From positions 23,290 to 87,289 of the forward strand of contig CALJIF010000055.1 in the NCBI GenBank assembly GCA_937974275.1: DNA of 64,000 nt, read 5' to 3'. The stretch is from an uncultured Flavobacteriales bacterium (GTDB taxonomy: Bacteria; Bacteroidota; Bacteroidia; Palsa-965). The position numbers and the translations under genes were made by a program. The notes beneath the pieces were generated by a model. That model saw nothing but the letters and a program-made list of their open reading frames with translations. It searched no databases and was not told the DNA's origin. Positions 1 to 10,910 of this stretch are shown here, one piece after another. Numbering within the stretch: position 1 is the stretch's first letter; each line of letters starts with the position of its first letter.

Positions 1-2
1 AT

Positions 3-2288
3 GCAGGATCAGGTGAAGCGTACGGACAATCTGCAAGTGGCGGTAACGCGTATTTTTTGGGCAATGGTATGTTGAAGAGTACGGATAATGGTGCAACATG
101 GCAACCATTAGCAGCTACCACAACCAATACACCACAATCTTTCGATTCATTTTGGGACATGAACTGGAATGTAGCGTTGGATAAAAATGACACGATCAAC
201 GATATAGTTTATGCTGCGTGTTTGGGCGGCATTTACAAATCAGTTAACGGTGGAACTAATTGGACTGTTGTGCGAGGCGGCAGTACATCTGCATATTCAT
301 ATTTCACTGATGTAGCTGTTGCGGATTCAGGCATCGTGTATGCTACGTTAAGTTCTGATGGTCCTCAGCGCGGCATCTGGAGAAGTAATGATCAGGGCTC
401 ATCGTGGACGAAAATTTCTACTTCTCTATTCGGTGATTCTTTATGCAATCGTGTGGTGATGGGAATTAATCCAAGCAATAACAATGAAATTTATTTTCTC
501 GGCAACACAGAAGGTTTGGGAATGCCCGACACCAACTTTAACGGAGACGTAGAATACAATGTGCTGTGGAGATACACCTACATCAACGGTAATGGATCCG
601 GCAGCGGTGGGCAGTGGGAAGACTTGAGCATGAATTTGCCAACCGGACAACAACAAGGAATTTTCAGTGACTTCAATGCACAAGGTTCGTATGATTTAGT
701 TGTTGCTGTTAAACCCGATGATCCGAATACAGTTTTCATCGGTGGAACGAACACATACCGCAACACGAATCGTTTCAACGATACCACATCAACAACGTAC
801 ATAGGTGGTTATGAACCGTACACTAATTTTCCGTTTATCGGAAGTTATACCAATCATCATCCTGATCAGCACGCATTTGCCTTCTCACCGTCCAATCCTA
901 ATGTATTCTTCAATGCCAATGATGGCGGCATTTTTAAGACCACCAATTGCATGGCACAAAGTGTTTCATGGCAATCGCTGAACAATGGTTACCTCACTAC
1001 ACAGTATTACACTGTCGCCTTAGATCACGGAACACCCAACAGTGATATTATCGTTGGCGGTTTACAAGATAATGGCACCTGGTGGACGAATACTGCAAGT
1101 GCAACTGCACCATGGTCGCATGTTCGTGGTGGTGATGGATCGTATTGCGCGATAGAAGACGGAGCAGGCATGTACTACTTCTCCATTCAAAATGGAAAAA
1201 TGAATAAAGCGCAAGTGGATAACAACGGAAATGTAACCGGTTATCGACGAATCGATCCGATTGGAGCAGAAGATTATTTATTCATCAATCCATTTACATT
1301 GGATCCGAACAATCAAAACATCATGTACATGGCGGGAGGAAAATATTTGTGGAGAAACGATAATCTTGCCGGTATTCCGCTCGACAATCAATGGGACTCT
1401 ATCAGCACCAATTGGGTGCGTTGGAATGATTCCGTGCCAACCGCAAATTCCAGAATCACTGCTGTGCACGCGTGCAAAACGCCGGCCAACCGTGTATTCT
1501 ACGGCACTGACAAGAAGCGTATATATCGTGTTGACAATGCCAATGTCGGAACACCAACTCCAATTGATGTCACGCCAACCGCATTCCCAAGCACGGGTTA
1601 TATCAGCTGTATTACTACTAATCCGAATAACGGCAATGAAGTGATCGTGGCATTTTCCAACTACAGCATTTACAGCATCTGGAGAAGTCCGGATGGTGGT
1701 ACCACTTGGAATAAAGCAGGGGGTAATCTGGAGCAATTTGCAACGGGTTCCGGCAATGGTCCTTCCGTTCGTTGGGTGAGTGTATTACCTGTTTCGGATG
1801 GTACAATTTACCTTGCTGCAACCAGTACAGGTTTATACGCAACGGATACACTTAACGACATCAACACCGTTTGGGTGCGTCAGGGTGAAACTACTATTGG
1901 GGCTGTAGTATGCGATATGATTGATACGCGTATTTCCGATGGTCGCGTTGTTGTAGGTACGCATGCGAACGGCGTGTATAGCGCAACAATTACAAGTGTC
2001 AATGATATCGTCACGGTAAATGATTTTGAACAAATAAATAATCAGTTGCTTGCTTACCCGGTGCCTTTTGCGGATGATTTCACTGTAGAGATTCCAATGG
2101 AAAATAATGGCAATGCGCTCGTTGAAATATTTAACCTGAACGGACAAAGCGTTTATTCGCAGCAGCTTGTTGCAACGGGCGCATCAATGATTACCCACAA
2201 GGTTAATTCCATCACTGCGCCCGGAACATATATTGTTCGTGTCACTCAGAATGGGAAAGCCCGACATGCCAAAGTGATTAGACGTTAA
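3..2288 (+). CDS. BNR/Asp-box repeat beta-propeller protein (sortilin/GH74-like) with T9SS type A C-terminal sorting domain; 5' end truncated by window edge
   Basis: The frame is open to the window start. Repeated S-x-D-x-G-x-T-W Asp-box motifs (STDNGATWQ, SVNGGTNWT, SNDQGSSWT, SPDGGTTWN). The C-terminal ~80 aa (…EIFNLNGQSVYSQQL…GTYIVRVTQNGKARHAKVIRR) resembles the Por secretion tail. Confidence 0.7.
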   Translation, partial: AGSGEAYGQSASGGNAYFLGNGMLKSTDNGATWQPLAATTTNTPQSFDSFWDMNWNVALDKNDTINDIVYAACLGGIYKSVNGGTNWTVVRGGSTSAYSYFTDVAVADSGIVYATLSSDGPQRGIWRSNDQGSSWTKISTSLFGDSLCNRVVMGINPSNNNEIYFLGNTEGLGMPDTNFNGDVEYNVLWRYTYINGNGSGSGGQWEDLSMNLPTGQQQGIFSDFNAQGSYDLVVAVKPDDPNTVFIGGTNTYRNTNRFNDTTSTTYIGGYEPYTNFPFIGSYTNHHPDQHAFAFSPSNPNVFFNANDGGIFKTTNCMAQSVSWQSLNNGYLTTQYYTVALDHGTPNSDIIVGGLQDNGTWWTNTASATAPWSHVRGGDGSYCAIEDGAGMYYFSIQNGKMNKAQVDNNGNVTGYRRIDPIGAEDYLFINPFTLDPNNQNIMYMAGGKYLWRNDNLAGIPLDNQWDSISTNWVRWNDSVPTANSRITAVHACKTPANRVFYGTDKKRIYRVDNANVGTPTPIDVTPTAFPSTGYISCITTNPNNGNEVIVAFSNYSIYSIWRSPDGGTTWNKAGGNLEQFATGSGNGPSVRWVSVLPVSDGTIYLAATSTGLYATDTLNDINTVWVRQGETTIGAVVCDMIDTRISDGRVVVGTHANGVYSATITSVNDIVTVNDFEQINNQLLAYPVPFADDFTVEIPMENNGNALVEIFNLNGQSVYSQQLVATGASMITHKVNSITAPGTYIVRVTQNGKARHAKVIRR

Positions 2289-2342
2289 TAGTTTTTGAAA
2301 ACTGAACGCAAAACATGCATCCATACCATGTAGTTTTGCATC

Positions 2343-2918
2343 ATGTCAATTCCGGACGACGTTATTAATTACGTCATTTTACCATTACTGATTTTTATTG
2401 CACGCATGAGTGATGTGACACTCGCCACGCTTCGCAATATTTTTATCTCGAAAGGTTTTCGCAAGATTGTACCGTTTATCGGTTTTTTCGAAGTGTTGAT
2501 ATGGTTGATCGCCATGAAGCAGGTGATGAATCATGTGGATAATGTTTTCTCCTATTTGGCATGGGCATCGGGCTTTGCAATGGGCACTTACGTCGGTATG
2601 CGCATCGAAGAACGTCTGGCATTAGGAACACAGGTAATCCGAATCATTGCCAGCAGCAGTATCAACAATCAGAATCTTATTGATGCATTAAGTGCAAAAG
2701 GTTATGGTATTACGATACTCGACGGACAAGGTGCAAAAGGTCCGGTAAAGTTGATTTTTACGGTGGTAGCGAGAAAAAATGTTTTGGATGTAATTGCCAC
2801 TATTGAAGCTGTTCAACCTAATGCATTTTACAGTATAGAAGATGTGCGCAATGCAGAACATGGTGTATTCAAACCCGGAACACGTCGTTTATCAATCCGA
2901 AAAATGTTTTTTAAGTAA
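2343..2918 (+). CDS. UPF0316/DUF2179-type small membrane protein
   Basis: 191-aa ORF with N-terminal TM helices and a conserved C-terminal soluble domain typical of the UPF0316 family. A TAgtTTTG -7-like motif lies at 2331-2338, so the true start may be the internal Met (MSDVTL, ~2406). Confidence 0.5.
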   Translation: MSIPDDVINYVILPLLIFIARMSDVTLATLRNIFISKGFRKIVPFIGFFEVLIWLIAMKQVMNHVDNVFSYLAWASGFAMGTYVGMRIEERLALGTQVIRIIASSSINNQNLIDALSAKGYGITILDGQGAKGPVKLIFTVVARKNVLDVIATIEAVQPNAFYSIEDVRNAEHGVFKPGTRRLSIRKMFFK

Positions 2919-3008
2919 CAAATCAAAAACTGACTACAATCAGTTTAAGAGTTGACCATCGGCATATTCCAAAATCACGTTCAGGTCTTTCTTTGAAGAA
3001 AAAAAGAT

Positions 3009-3416
3009 ATGAGCAAAATTGGAATTTGGATGGATCATTACACTGCCCATTGCATCATCGGAGATAAGGGAATTGTGGCTACCATCAAGAATCAACACGA
3101 GAGCCAACCGCGTTATGAAGGTGAAGGTTCCAATGAAACGCAAGTGGCTCAATCACGTTTCGGGAATAACGAATACAAAACGAATCAAATCGAAAAAAAT
3201 ACGCTGAAAAGCTATTTTCAAAGTGTTGCTGACTTCGCAAAAGACTATCAACACATTTTGATATTCGGGCCAACAACAGCAAAAAAGGAATTCTTTAATG
3301 TTGTAATGGATGACTCCCGCTTCGATGGCAAAACACTGCACATGGAAAATTCTGACAAGCTCACCGACAACCAAATGGTAGCGTTTGTTCGAGAGTTTTA
3401 TTCAGATGTAAAGTAA
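3009..3416 (+). CDS. hypothetical cytoplasmic protein (135 aa)
   Basis: Clean ORF with no TM segment or signal peptide. No family recognised from the sequence. Confidence 0.45.
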   Translation: MSKIGIWMDHYTAHCIIGDKGIVATIKNQHESQPRYEGEGSNETQVAQSRFGNNEYKTNQIEKNTLKSYFQSVADFAKDYQHILIFGPTTAKKEFFNVVMDDSRFDGKTLHMENSDKLTDNQMVAFVREFYSDVK

Positions 3417-3509
3417 GTACGACCACCATGAATTGAATGCGTCAATTCAATTCTACTTGACTTTACCGAGCATTGGGCATATATTCGTTGTTGTATTTGT
3501 AGTTACAGT

Positions 3510-3675
3510 TTAAGCACTGTTCCACACTAATGACGCTAAGGAAATTATAACCTCAATAGATCTATAGTCCAATTCAGACAATCACTTCACACGATATTAA
3601 ATTCGATTTCCGGTGAATTAGTGATTACAATCTTGTTAGTGTATCAAATTCGACATACACGTTAACAGTGCTTAA
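3510..3675. repeat. perfect 12-bp inverted repeat (TTAAGCACTGTT / AACAGTGCTTAA) flanking ~142 bp of AT-rich intergenic DNA
   Basis: Arms at 3510-3521 and 3664-3675, in the 330-bp gap upstream of scoA. Confidence 0.6.
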
Positions 3676-3745
3676 TCCATTTTTTTACGCGTTGAACGGG
3701 CGAAAACAGCTATCTTTAGGACCTATTTCCAACAGAAAATAACCT

Positions 3746-4456
3746 ATGAATAAAGTAGTATCCGGAGCCGATGAGGCCGTGCGTGATATTGAAAACGGAG
3801 CCACCCTCATGCTGGGTGGTTTCGGGCTTTGCGGCATCCCCGAAAACTGCATTGAAGCGCTTGTACGCAAAGGCGTTAGCGGGCTAACGTGCATTTCTAA
3901 CAATGCCGGCGTAGATGATTTTGGCATTGGCCTTATGCTGAAAACACGTCAGGTAAAAAAAATGATTTCCTCTTATGTCGGTGAAAATGCGGAGTTTGAA
4001 AGCCAGTTGCTGAGTGGTGAACTTGAAGTTGACCTTGTGCCACAAGGCACGTTAGCCACACGCTGCATGGCTGCAAAATACGGCATGCCCGCTGTATGGG
4101 TCAAAGCCGGCTTCGGTACCGAAGTAGCAGAAGGCAAAGAATCACGTCGCTTTGCATTTCAGGGAGAAGAAGGTCACTACCTGTTGGAAACCGCCTTCAA
4201 TGCTGACTTCTCGATAGTGAAAGCTTGGAAAGGCGATCGTTTCGGAAATCTTGTATTCCGTAAAACCGCTCGCAACTTTAACGATCCGATGGCAGGTGCT
4301 GCAAAAATTACTATTGCTGAAGTAGAAGAACTTGTAGAACCCGGCGAAATTGATCCCGATCACATTCATATTCCCGGCATTTTTGTGCAGCGAATTTTCA
4401 AAGGCAACAATTACGAGAAACGCATTGAACAACGAACTGTTCGTAAGCGCGGATAA
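3746..4456 (+). CDS. scoA: 3-oxoacid CoA-transferase subunit A
   Basis: Strong similarity to ScoA/AtoD (N-terminal SGADEAVRDI..GATLMLGGFGLCGIPE, CoA-transferase family I alpha). Confidence 0.9.
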   Translation: MNKVVSGADEAVRDIENGATLMLGGFGLCGIPENCIEALVRKGVSGLTCISNNAGVDDFGIGLMLKTRQVKKMISSYVGENAEFESQLLSGELEVDLVPQGTLATRCMAAKYGMPAVWVKAGFGTEVAEGKESRRFAFQGEEGHYLLETAFNADFSIVKAWKGDRFGNLVFRKTARNFNDPMAGAAKITIAEVEELVEPGEIDPDHIHIPGIFVQRIFKGNNYEKRIEQRTVRKRG

Positions 4457-4479
4457 TAAACCATTATTCAAAGCAGACT

Positions 4480-5139
4480 ATGTTAGATAAAAACGGTATC
4501 GCAAAACGTATTGCACAAGAGCTGCGCGATGGTTATTACGTAAACCTCGGCATTGGTATCCCTACGCTGGTGGCCAACTACATTCCCGCAGGCGTCAACG
4601 TAATCTTACAATCAGAAAACGGCATGCTGGGCATGGGACCGTTTCCTTTCGAAGGTGATGAAGATCCCGACCTGATAAACGCAGGCAAGCAAACCATAAC
4701 GGAAATTCCCGGCACAGCATACTTCGACTCTGCACTAAGCTTTGGTATGATCCGCGCAGGTAAAGTTGACCTTACGATATTGGGAGCAATGGAAGTAAGT
4801 GAGGAAGGCGACATTGCTAACTGGAAAATTCCGAACAAAATGGTGAAAGGCATGGGTGGTGCAATGGATCTTGTTGCTGCAGCCAAAAACATTATTGTAG
4901 CCATGCAACACGTTAACAAGGCCGGAGAATCGAAGCTGCTGCCTAAGTGTTCGTTGCCGCTGACAGGCGTAGGCTGCGTAAAGAAAATTGTAACTGAACT
5001 TGCCGTACTTGAAGTTGTAAAAGGCAAGGGCTTTGTTCTTCTTGAGCGCGCTCCCGGCATTTCGGTAGAGCAAATAAAAAACGCGACTGCCGGTCGCCTA
5101 ATCATTGAAGGAGATATTCCTGAAATGCAACTTAATTAA
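4480..5139 (+). CDS. scoB: 3-oxoacid CoA-transferase subunit B
   Basis: ScoB/AtoA-like sequence (IAKRIAQEL.DG.YVNLGIGIPT…SENG), lying immediately downstream of subunit A. Confidence 0.9.
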   Translation: MLDKNGIAKRIAQELRDGYYVNLGIGIPTLVANYIPAGVNVILQSENGMLGMGPFPFEGDEDPDLINAGKQTITEIPGTAYFDSALSFGMIRAGKVDLTILGAMEVSEEGDIANWKIPNKMVKGMGGAMDLVAAAKNIIVAMQHVNKAGESKLLPKCSLPLTGVGCVKKIVTELAVLEVVKGKGFVLLERAPGISVEQIKNATAGRLIIEGDIPEMQLN

Positions 5140-5156
5140 GCCGAAACAAACATTAA

Positions 5157-7046
5157 ATGTGGAGTAAGCTACGCACCCTGCCATTGCTGCCGGCTGCACT
5201 GGCTCTAGCTGCAGTGATTTACATTGTGGTGCGGGCATGGACGATTCCGTTTACTTGGGATGAGTCGTTCTCTTGGCTCCTGTATGTACGAAGCGACGAC
5301 TGGTGGCCTGAGGTGAATTCAGAGATGTCAGCTAATAATCACTTGCTGAATACTTGGCTGATGAAGTTTAGTATTAGCAGCAGTGAGTTTTACTTGCGAA
5401 TACCAAATATTCTTGCGGGCATTGTTTATTTAGTTTTCGCCCTGTGTTTTTCGCGCCGCGAAGAAAATCCACTCAGGCAAGTGGCCGTTTTTCTTTTGCT
5501 GGCAGGGCATCCCTATTTATTGGAATTTTTTTCCATTGCACGCGGATACGGATTAGGTAACGGAATAATGCTGGCCGGTTTTTGGATGCTCTGGCGCTGG
5601 TGTCGGGATAACCACCTTCGAGATGCATTTTGGGGCCTTTCCATGCTTGCATTGGCTGCGTTTGCAAATCTTACGCTTATTTATGTTTTATTTGGTGCAA
5701 CAGCTGCTGTACTGTTGCGTTTGACTGCAGTTGCATCGCGTCTGCAGTGGGAGGCTAAGTTTGTGCGCATGCAGTTGGTCAGTTTTCCTGCTCTGGTTGT
5801 TGTGTTGCTCCTTGTCCCCTATTCCATGAAACTAAAGGAAGCTGGCGCTCTATTTTTTGGAGCACGTGGAAGCTGGTTTCAGATAACATGGCGTTCGTTG
5901 ATTGACCGGATGCTTTATGAGATAACGTTTCCTGCATTTTTGAAAGATTGCGGCGCAGCATTTTTTCTTATTGCGGCGATCATAGGCATTATCACAGCTG
6001 TTGTACTTCTTCTTAAGCAATGGCGTAAAGCGCTCAATGCAGATCAGTCGTTTCTAATTGTACTCAGCGGTGCCGCTGCACTTTCGGTATTCGGTCCCTT
6101 GCTGCAAAGTGCAGTATTGGGTACAAATCTCTTAACTGAACGTACAGCATTGTTTTACGTACCACTGCTCATGTTGTTGTTTGTGCAGCTGTTTCGATTA
6201 GTTAAAAACAAACCGAAAATTGCATGGGCAATTTATCTGCCCTTACCTCCTGCTCTTGCTTTATTTCCCTTCGTCCTTAATCTTTCTTATCAACGCGACT
6301 GGCCATATGAACGCACGATGAATGAAATTGCTGCCGAAATAAATGCATTGGCGAAAAAAGAAATGATTGTGGCAGGTATTGAAATGCAATTTTTTCCTAA
6401 TCTGAATTACCTCCGGAGCACAGACAGGATTTCGCAAAACGCAGGAATTCATGAAATAAAGAGTCCTTTGACACCTTACCAGTGGTTACTTATTTATTCT
6501 CGTGATAAGAACAAATATCCGGGTTACCGACTCTATAAAACGCTAAATGAGGGAAAGGTTTTACTCATGCAGAATAAATCGTTCAATTCAGTGTCCGATT
6601 GGGCCTTGATTGAAGAGAACTTTGATCGGCCAACCTACAAACAAGCAGTGGTAAATATTTCAGGGACACCCCACGGCACGAGCAATGTGTTATTTGGCGG
6701 TGCCGGAGAAGTATATCCTTACACAAAAAAGTTTGCCATTCCGGATTCGCTCGATGACAAATACTTGCATATTTCCACTCATCTGGATGCATATCGGGCG
6801 CAGTCGCATTTTGGCGCATCAATTCTGTATTACATCAAAAGAAAAAATATTGAACATATTGCGATGACTGAATTTAATTTGCTCAATCATTTACCGGGCA
6901 AGAATGCATGGAAGCATATATACACCAGAAATTTGCTGGACATGCCTGTTTGTTCAGGAGATACCCTTGTAGCTATGTTTTTTGTACGCTCAAGGGATCG
7001 ACTTTACTTCGACAATTTACGCGTAAGTGCGGGTGTAGCACAGTAG
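5157..7046 (+). CDS. GT-C fold glycosyltransferase, ArnT/PMT (GT39/GT83)-like polytopic membrane protein
   Basis: 629 aa with about 10 or more TM helices. An acidic D-E motif sits in the first extracytoplasmic loop (TWDESFSW) as in ArnT/PMT. Only 18 bp downstream of scoB. Confidence 0.55.
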   Translation: MWSKLRTLPLLPAALALAAVIYIVVRAWTIPFTWDESFSWLLYVRSDDWWPEVNSEMSANNHLLNTWLMKFSISSSEFYLRIPNILAGIVYLVFALCFSRREENPLRQVAVFLLLAGHPYLLEFFSIARGYGLGNGIMLAGFWMLWRWCRDNHLRDAFWGLSMLALAAFANLTLIYVLFGATAAVLLRLTAVASRLQWEAKFVRMQLVSFPALVVVLLLVPYSMKLKEAGALFFGARGSWFQITWRSLIDRMLYEITFPAFLKDCGAAFFLIAAIIGIITAVVLLLKQWRKALNADQSFLIVLSGAAALSVFGPLLQSAVLGTNLLTERTALFYVPLLMLLFVQLFRLVKNKPKIAWAIYLPLPPALALFPFVLNLSYQRDWPYERTMNEIAAEINALAKKEMIVAGIEMQFFPNLNYLRSTDRISQNAGIHEIKSPLTPYQWLLIYSRDKNKYPGYRLYKTLNEGKVLLMQNKSFNSVSDWALIEENFDRPTYKQAVVNISGTPHGTSNVLFGGAGEVYPYTKKFAIPDSLDDKYLHISTHLDAYRAQSHFGASILYYIKRKNIEHIAMTEFNLLNHLPGKNAWKHIYTRNLLDMPVCSGDTLVAMFFVRSRDRLYFDNLRVSAGVAQ

Positions 7047-7112
7047 CTATACGGGAGTAGGTTTTTAAGGAAAAACCGCCGAAAACTCCTATCTTTCGAC
7101 ACCAATTTCCAA

Positions 7113-7841
7113 ATGAATACACCGAAAAAACTCAGTATCGTTATTCCTGCGTATAACGAGGCCGCCACTATTCATCTGATTCTCAACAAGGTGATTGCTG
7201 TTGAACTTATCCAGAACATGACCAAGGAGATTGTCATAGTAAATGATTGCTCTAAGGACGATACTCAGGCTGTGGTGGAAAAATACATAGCTGATCATGT
7301 CGGGCATGACATCCGATTATTTAATCAACCCTATAATCAGGGAAAAGGCGCTGCGTTGCATAAAGGCATTGAAATTGCCTCCGGCGATTATATCATAATT
7401 CAAGATGCTGACCTGGAATACGATCCGGCAGAATACAATATTCTCCTCAAACCCATTGTAGACGGTTTTGCCGATGTGGTTTTTGGTTCGCGGTTCATGG
7501 GAGGGCGTCCGCATCGTATTCTCTTCTTCTGGCACACCATAGGCAACAAGTTTCTTACTTTCCTTTCAAACATGTTTACCAATCTGAACCTTACGGATAT
7601 GGAAACATGCTATAAGCTGTTCGACTCAAAAATGATCAAATCGCTCAAACTTCGTGAAAAGAGGTTTGGATTTGAGCCTGAAGTAACAGCACGCATTTCG
7701 CGCATACCCAACGTGCGTATATATGAGGTTGGTATTTCGTACTATGGCCGTACGTATGAAGAAGGTAAGAAAATAGGCTGGAAAGATGGATTCCGGGCGA
7801 TATTCTGCATTCTCAAGTATAATATCTGGGCACGCAAGTGA
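7113..7841 (+). CDS. GT2 polyprenyl-phosphate sugar synthase (ArnC/GtrB/DPM1-like)
   Basis: [10 protein letters not shown]…[10 protein letters not shown]…[12 protein letters not shown]…VVFGSRF, with a C-terminal amphipathic/TM tail. Classic GT2 UndP-sugar synthase. Confidence 0.85.
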   Translation: MNTPKKLSIVIPAYNEAATIHLILNKVIAVELIQNMTKEIVIVNDCSKDDTQAVVEKYIADHVGHDIRLFNQPYNQGKGAALHKGIEIASGDYIIIQDADLEYDPAEYNILLKPIVDGFADVVFGSRFMGGRPHRILFFWHTIGNKFLTFLSNMFTNLNLTDMETCYKLFDSKMIKSLKLREKRFGFEPEVTARISRIPNVRIYEVGISYYGRTYEEGKKIGWKDGFRAIFCILKYNIWARK

Positions 7842-10177
7842 GAGCTTATTACCATCGTGTGTTTACCGATAAAGGACTGCTTCTTGTAATCGGAGTTGGT
7901 CTGTTACTTACTTTTTTTTATTTCGGCCCGTTGGTTACGCATCCGAGCTCTCGCTACTTTGGAGCAGGTGGTGACGGTATGCAGATTTACTACCAGACCT
8001 ATTACCACGTGAAATATGATACCGCGTGGTGGCATCAACACAGTATGAATTACCCCGATGGCGAGAATATTTTCTTCACGGGAGCCCTGCCAATGTATAC
8101 GAATATCATGAAGATTTTCGGATCCGGCGCTGCTGAAGCATCGATCGGTTTACTCAATCTACTCATGATATTTTCGCCGTTGTTTGGAGCAATTTTCTTG
8201 TACGCACTTTTCAAGCATTGGAAGTTGCCCTGGTGGTATGCCGCATTATGTGGTGTAGGTATTATGTTTTGTTCGCCTCAACTCGACCGCATGTTGGGAC
8301 ATTATTCTCTTGCTATAAGCTTTATTATTCCGGCACTGATTTATTCGTTAGCTAGATTTTACGATTATCCGAGCATCAGATTGAGTTTGCTCATGGGCCT
8401 GCTCATCTTCTTTGCTGCAGCGACACATTTATACATGCTGGTGTTTTGTCTTGCGGCATGCGGCTTGTATTGGTTTGTTTTATTTATCACACGCGACCGA
8501 GGGTTTAGCCGAGTGAAATTTGTGGCGTTGCATTTCTCGCTTCAAGTTGTAATTCCGGTTGTGCTGACTCAGGTAATTCTCCAACTCACAGATCACGAAA
8601 CTGATCGAACGTCTATTCCATGGGGCTTCGAGGTGTTTACTTCGAATTGGAGCAGTGTATTTTATCCTTATTGGCGCGTTTACGAAAAATATGTATCCGG
8701 CTGGTTTTTTCCTGAGAGCGGCAGCTATGAAGGAGCAGCATACGTTGGCCTTGCAGCAATATTTGGATTGTTGGTAATCGTGGTAATACAATTAATTCGA
8801 CTGATACGCCGGCGATTTGATTTGATCTTGAGAATTTCGGATAAAAAAGTACTTAATATACTTGTTTTGACAGCACTCCTTTTATTGTTTCTTTCATTCG
8901 GTTGGCCGTTTCTGTTAAAAGACGACGGTAGTTGGATCAAGTATGCCGGACCGCTCAGGCAGTTCAGGGCATTAGGACGATTCGCGTGGATGTTTTTTTA
9001 CGTAGTAAATATTCTTGTTGTATATAGGCTTTGGAAATTAGTGGAGCATCGTACGAATTATTCCGGCAAAGCGTTGCGTTGGTTGGTGTCCATTATGGTA
9101 CCGGCATTGTTATTTTTCGACACCTGGGGCTCAGCATCACATCTTCAAGAACGATTAAATAATGAAATTGTGGAGTTGAGTGATACACAAAATATTCTTC
9201 CTCAAAACGCCTGGCTTCGAAAAATCAAGGTGAGTGATTATCAAGCCATACTTCCGCTGCCATATTATCATAACGGCAGCGAGGGACCACAGCTTATGCC
9301 GGCGAACCACGCCATAATTAATATCACTTATATTATTTCCCTTAAAACCGGTTTACCCATGCTTTCCATGCTTTCCGGGCGCAGTTCACTTTCGAAAGCC
9401 GCCGAGCACATTGCGATGGTTAAAGATCCAGTAAAACCACTTAGCTTGCTTGCACGCTTGCCCGATCAACGACCTTTTTTGGTGATTGCGCGTAAAGATG
9501 ACCTCAATACAAACGAAGCAGAGATACTTGACCTTTCCGAGTTGTTGTTTGAAACTCCGGATTACACTGTACATCGTTTGCAGCCTTCAAAAATGCAGGA
9601 GCGTGTTGCGCAACAATATTACAAACACCTTTTAGCCTTTGAAGCACAAAAAACTTGGCCCGTATGGCCGTATCTAAGTACAGATTCGGTTGTAAATTTC
9701 TCTTGTCGTGATTTTGAAGAAGTGCAAAATTATGGGCCACCTTTTCGCGGGAAAAAGTCAATGAAAGTAAATGGTGGACGTTTCGTTTATAATGTACTTT
9801 ACGATGCCAAAGTAGCCGGTGCAATTCCCGGAAATTACAGCATTACGTTCTGGTTAGCGAATTTCGACCAAGATTTAATTGCACGATCCTACGTAGAAGT
9901 GGCAAGCTACACCGGAGACCAATTAGATACCGTGGTGTATGGGAATATGTTTGAATCTTGCGTGGCAATTTCAGGGCACTGGTCGCTGGAAGAAAGAATC
10001 ATTAACATCAAACATCCCGAACAGCGTATCAAAGTAACGCTTTTCAATTTCGATATACCCGAGAAATCACCCATATACATCGATGAATTACTCATCAAAC
10101 CTGTAAACACACAGCTGTTTGATGTGCAGAAGGATTCTATTCAACACAATAACCGCACCTATTACCGCAAGCCGTGA
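7838..10177 (+). CDS. large polytopic membrane protein, YfhO/GT-C-like with a C-terminal periplasmic domain
   Basis: 779 aa. The N-terminal ~430 aa are multi-TM with a [11 protein letters not shown] motif reminiscent of YfhO, and the C-terminal ~340 aa are soluble. The start overlaps the upstream GT2 gene by 4 nt (ATGA coupling). Confidence 0.5.
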   Translation: MRAYYHRVFTDKGLLLVIGVGLLLTFFYFGPLVTHPSSRYFGAGGDGMQIYYQTYYHVKYDTAWWHQHSMNYPDGENIFFTGALPMYTNIMKIFGSGAAEASIGLLNLLMIFSPLFGAIFLYALFKHWKLPWWYAALCGVGIMFCSPQLDRMLGHYSLAISFIIPALIYSLARFYDYPSIRLSLLMGLLIFFAAATHLYMLVFCLAACGLYWFVLFITRDRGFSRVKFVALHFSLQVVIPVVLTQVILQLTDHETDRTSIPWGFEVFTSNWSSVFYPYWRVYEKYVSGWFFPESGSYEGAAYVGLAAIFGLLVIVVIQLIRLIRRRFDLILRISDKKVLNILVLTALLLLFLSFGWPFLLKDDGSWIKYAGPLRQFRALGRFAWMFFYVVNILVVYRLWKLVEHRTNYSGKALRWLVSIMVPALLFFDTWGSASHLQERLNNEIVELSDTQNILPQNAWLRKIKVSDYQAILPLPYYHNGSEGPQLMPANHAIINITYIISLKTGLPMLSMLSGRSSLSKAAEHIAMVKDPVKPLSLLARLPDQRPFLVIARKDDLNTNEAEILDLSELLFETPDYTVHRLQPSKMQERVAQQYYKHLLAFEAQKTWPVWPYLSTDSVVNFSCRDFEEVQNYGPPFRGKKSMKVNGGRFVYNVLYDAKVAGAIPGNYSITFWLANFDQDLIARSYVEVASYTGDQLDTVVYGNMFESCVAISGHWSLEERIINIKHPEQRIKVTLFNFDIPEKSPIYIDELLIKPVNTQLFDVQKDSIQHNNRTYYRKP

Positions 10178-10905
10178 CCGACATCAGTTTTGTATTGCCT
10201 TCATATAAAGGAGCTGCACAATTGGAGCAATCGCTGCCGTTATTGCAACAGTGGCTGAATAGCTTAGGGAAAACATGGGAAATTATTGTTGTTGATGATG
10301 GCTCGGAAGATGGCGGTGCTACAGAGGATGTTGTAAAGCGTGCAGGTTGCAAATTCATCGGTCTTCCGAAAAATATGGGCAAAGGAGGAGCTGTGCGAGC
10401 CGGTATGCGCGAAGCAAAAGGAATTTTACGATTGTTTACAGATTCCGATGTGCCCTTTGACGAAGCCTCGATGGAACGTTTTATACAATATCTTGAAGAG
10501 AAGCAATTTCACATTGTTATCGGAGACCGCACGCTGGAGACATCGCGTTACTTCACCGAAATTTCAGGAGCACGTAAACTGGGAAGTGGTATTTTCACCT
10601 TCTTCGTAGGTCGATTTGTTACTACCGGTCTGCACGATACACAGTGCGGCCTGAAAGGCTTTCGTGCAGAAATTGCGGATGATCTTTTTGGTGTTTCACG
10701 CTTAAACAGCTTTGCGTTTGATGTGGAACTACTTTACATTGCACTCAAACGCAACTACGATATCAAACGCCTTCCCGTTGTATTTAAGAGTAGTCACGAT
10801 GAATCGAGCGTGAGTTTGCTTAAACACGCTCCGGGGATGCTGGTTGATTTATTCCGTATTAAATGGAATCACCTTACGGGAAAGTATAACAAACGAACTA
10901 CCTGA
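10174..10905 (+). CDS. GT2 glycosyltransferase (dolichyl/undecaprenyl-phosphate beta-glycosyltransferase-like)
   Basis: SFVLPSYKGA…IIVVDDGSEDG…FTDSDVPFD…DTQCGLKGF. 4-nt overlap with the upstream gene. Confidence 0.85.
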   Translation: MTDISFVLPSYKGAAQLEQSLPLLQQWLNSLGKTWEIIVVDDGSEDGGATEDVVKRAGCKFIGLPKNMGKGGAVRAGMREAKGILRLFTDSDVPFDEASMERFIQYLEEKQFHIVIGDRTLETSRYFTEISGARKLGSGIFTFFVGRFVTTGLHDTQCGLKGFRAEIADDLFGVSRLNSFAFDVELLYIALKRNYDIKRLPVVFKSSHDESSVSLLKHAPGMLVDLFRIKWNHLTGKYNKRTT

Positions 10906-10910
10906 TACTG

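Noticed and set aside
441-2147. Several 60-150-aa ORFs antisense or out of frame inside the BNR-repeat gene (441-683, 578-802, 1261-1644, 1278-1736, 1618-1851, 1833-2147)
   Set aside because: They are fully embedded in a long ORF with clear domain motifs. They show no independent signal and are typical spurious ORFs in GC-balanced DNA.
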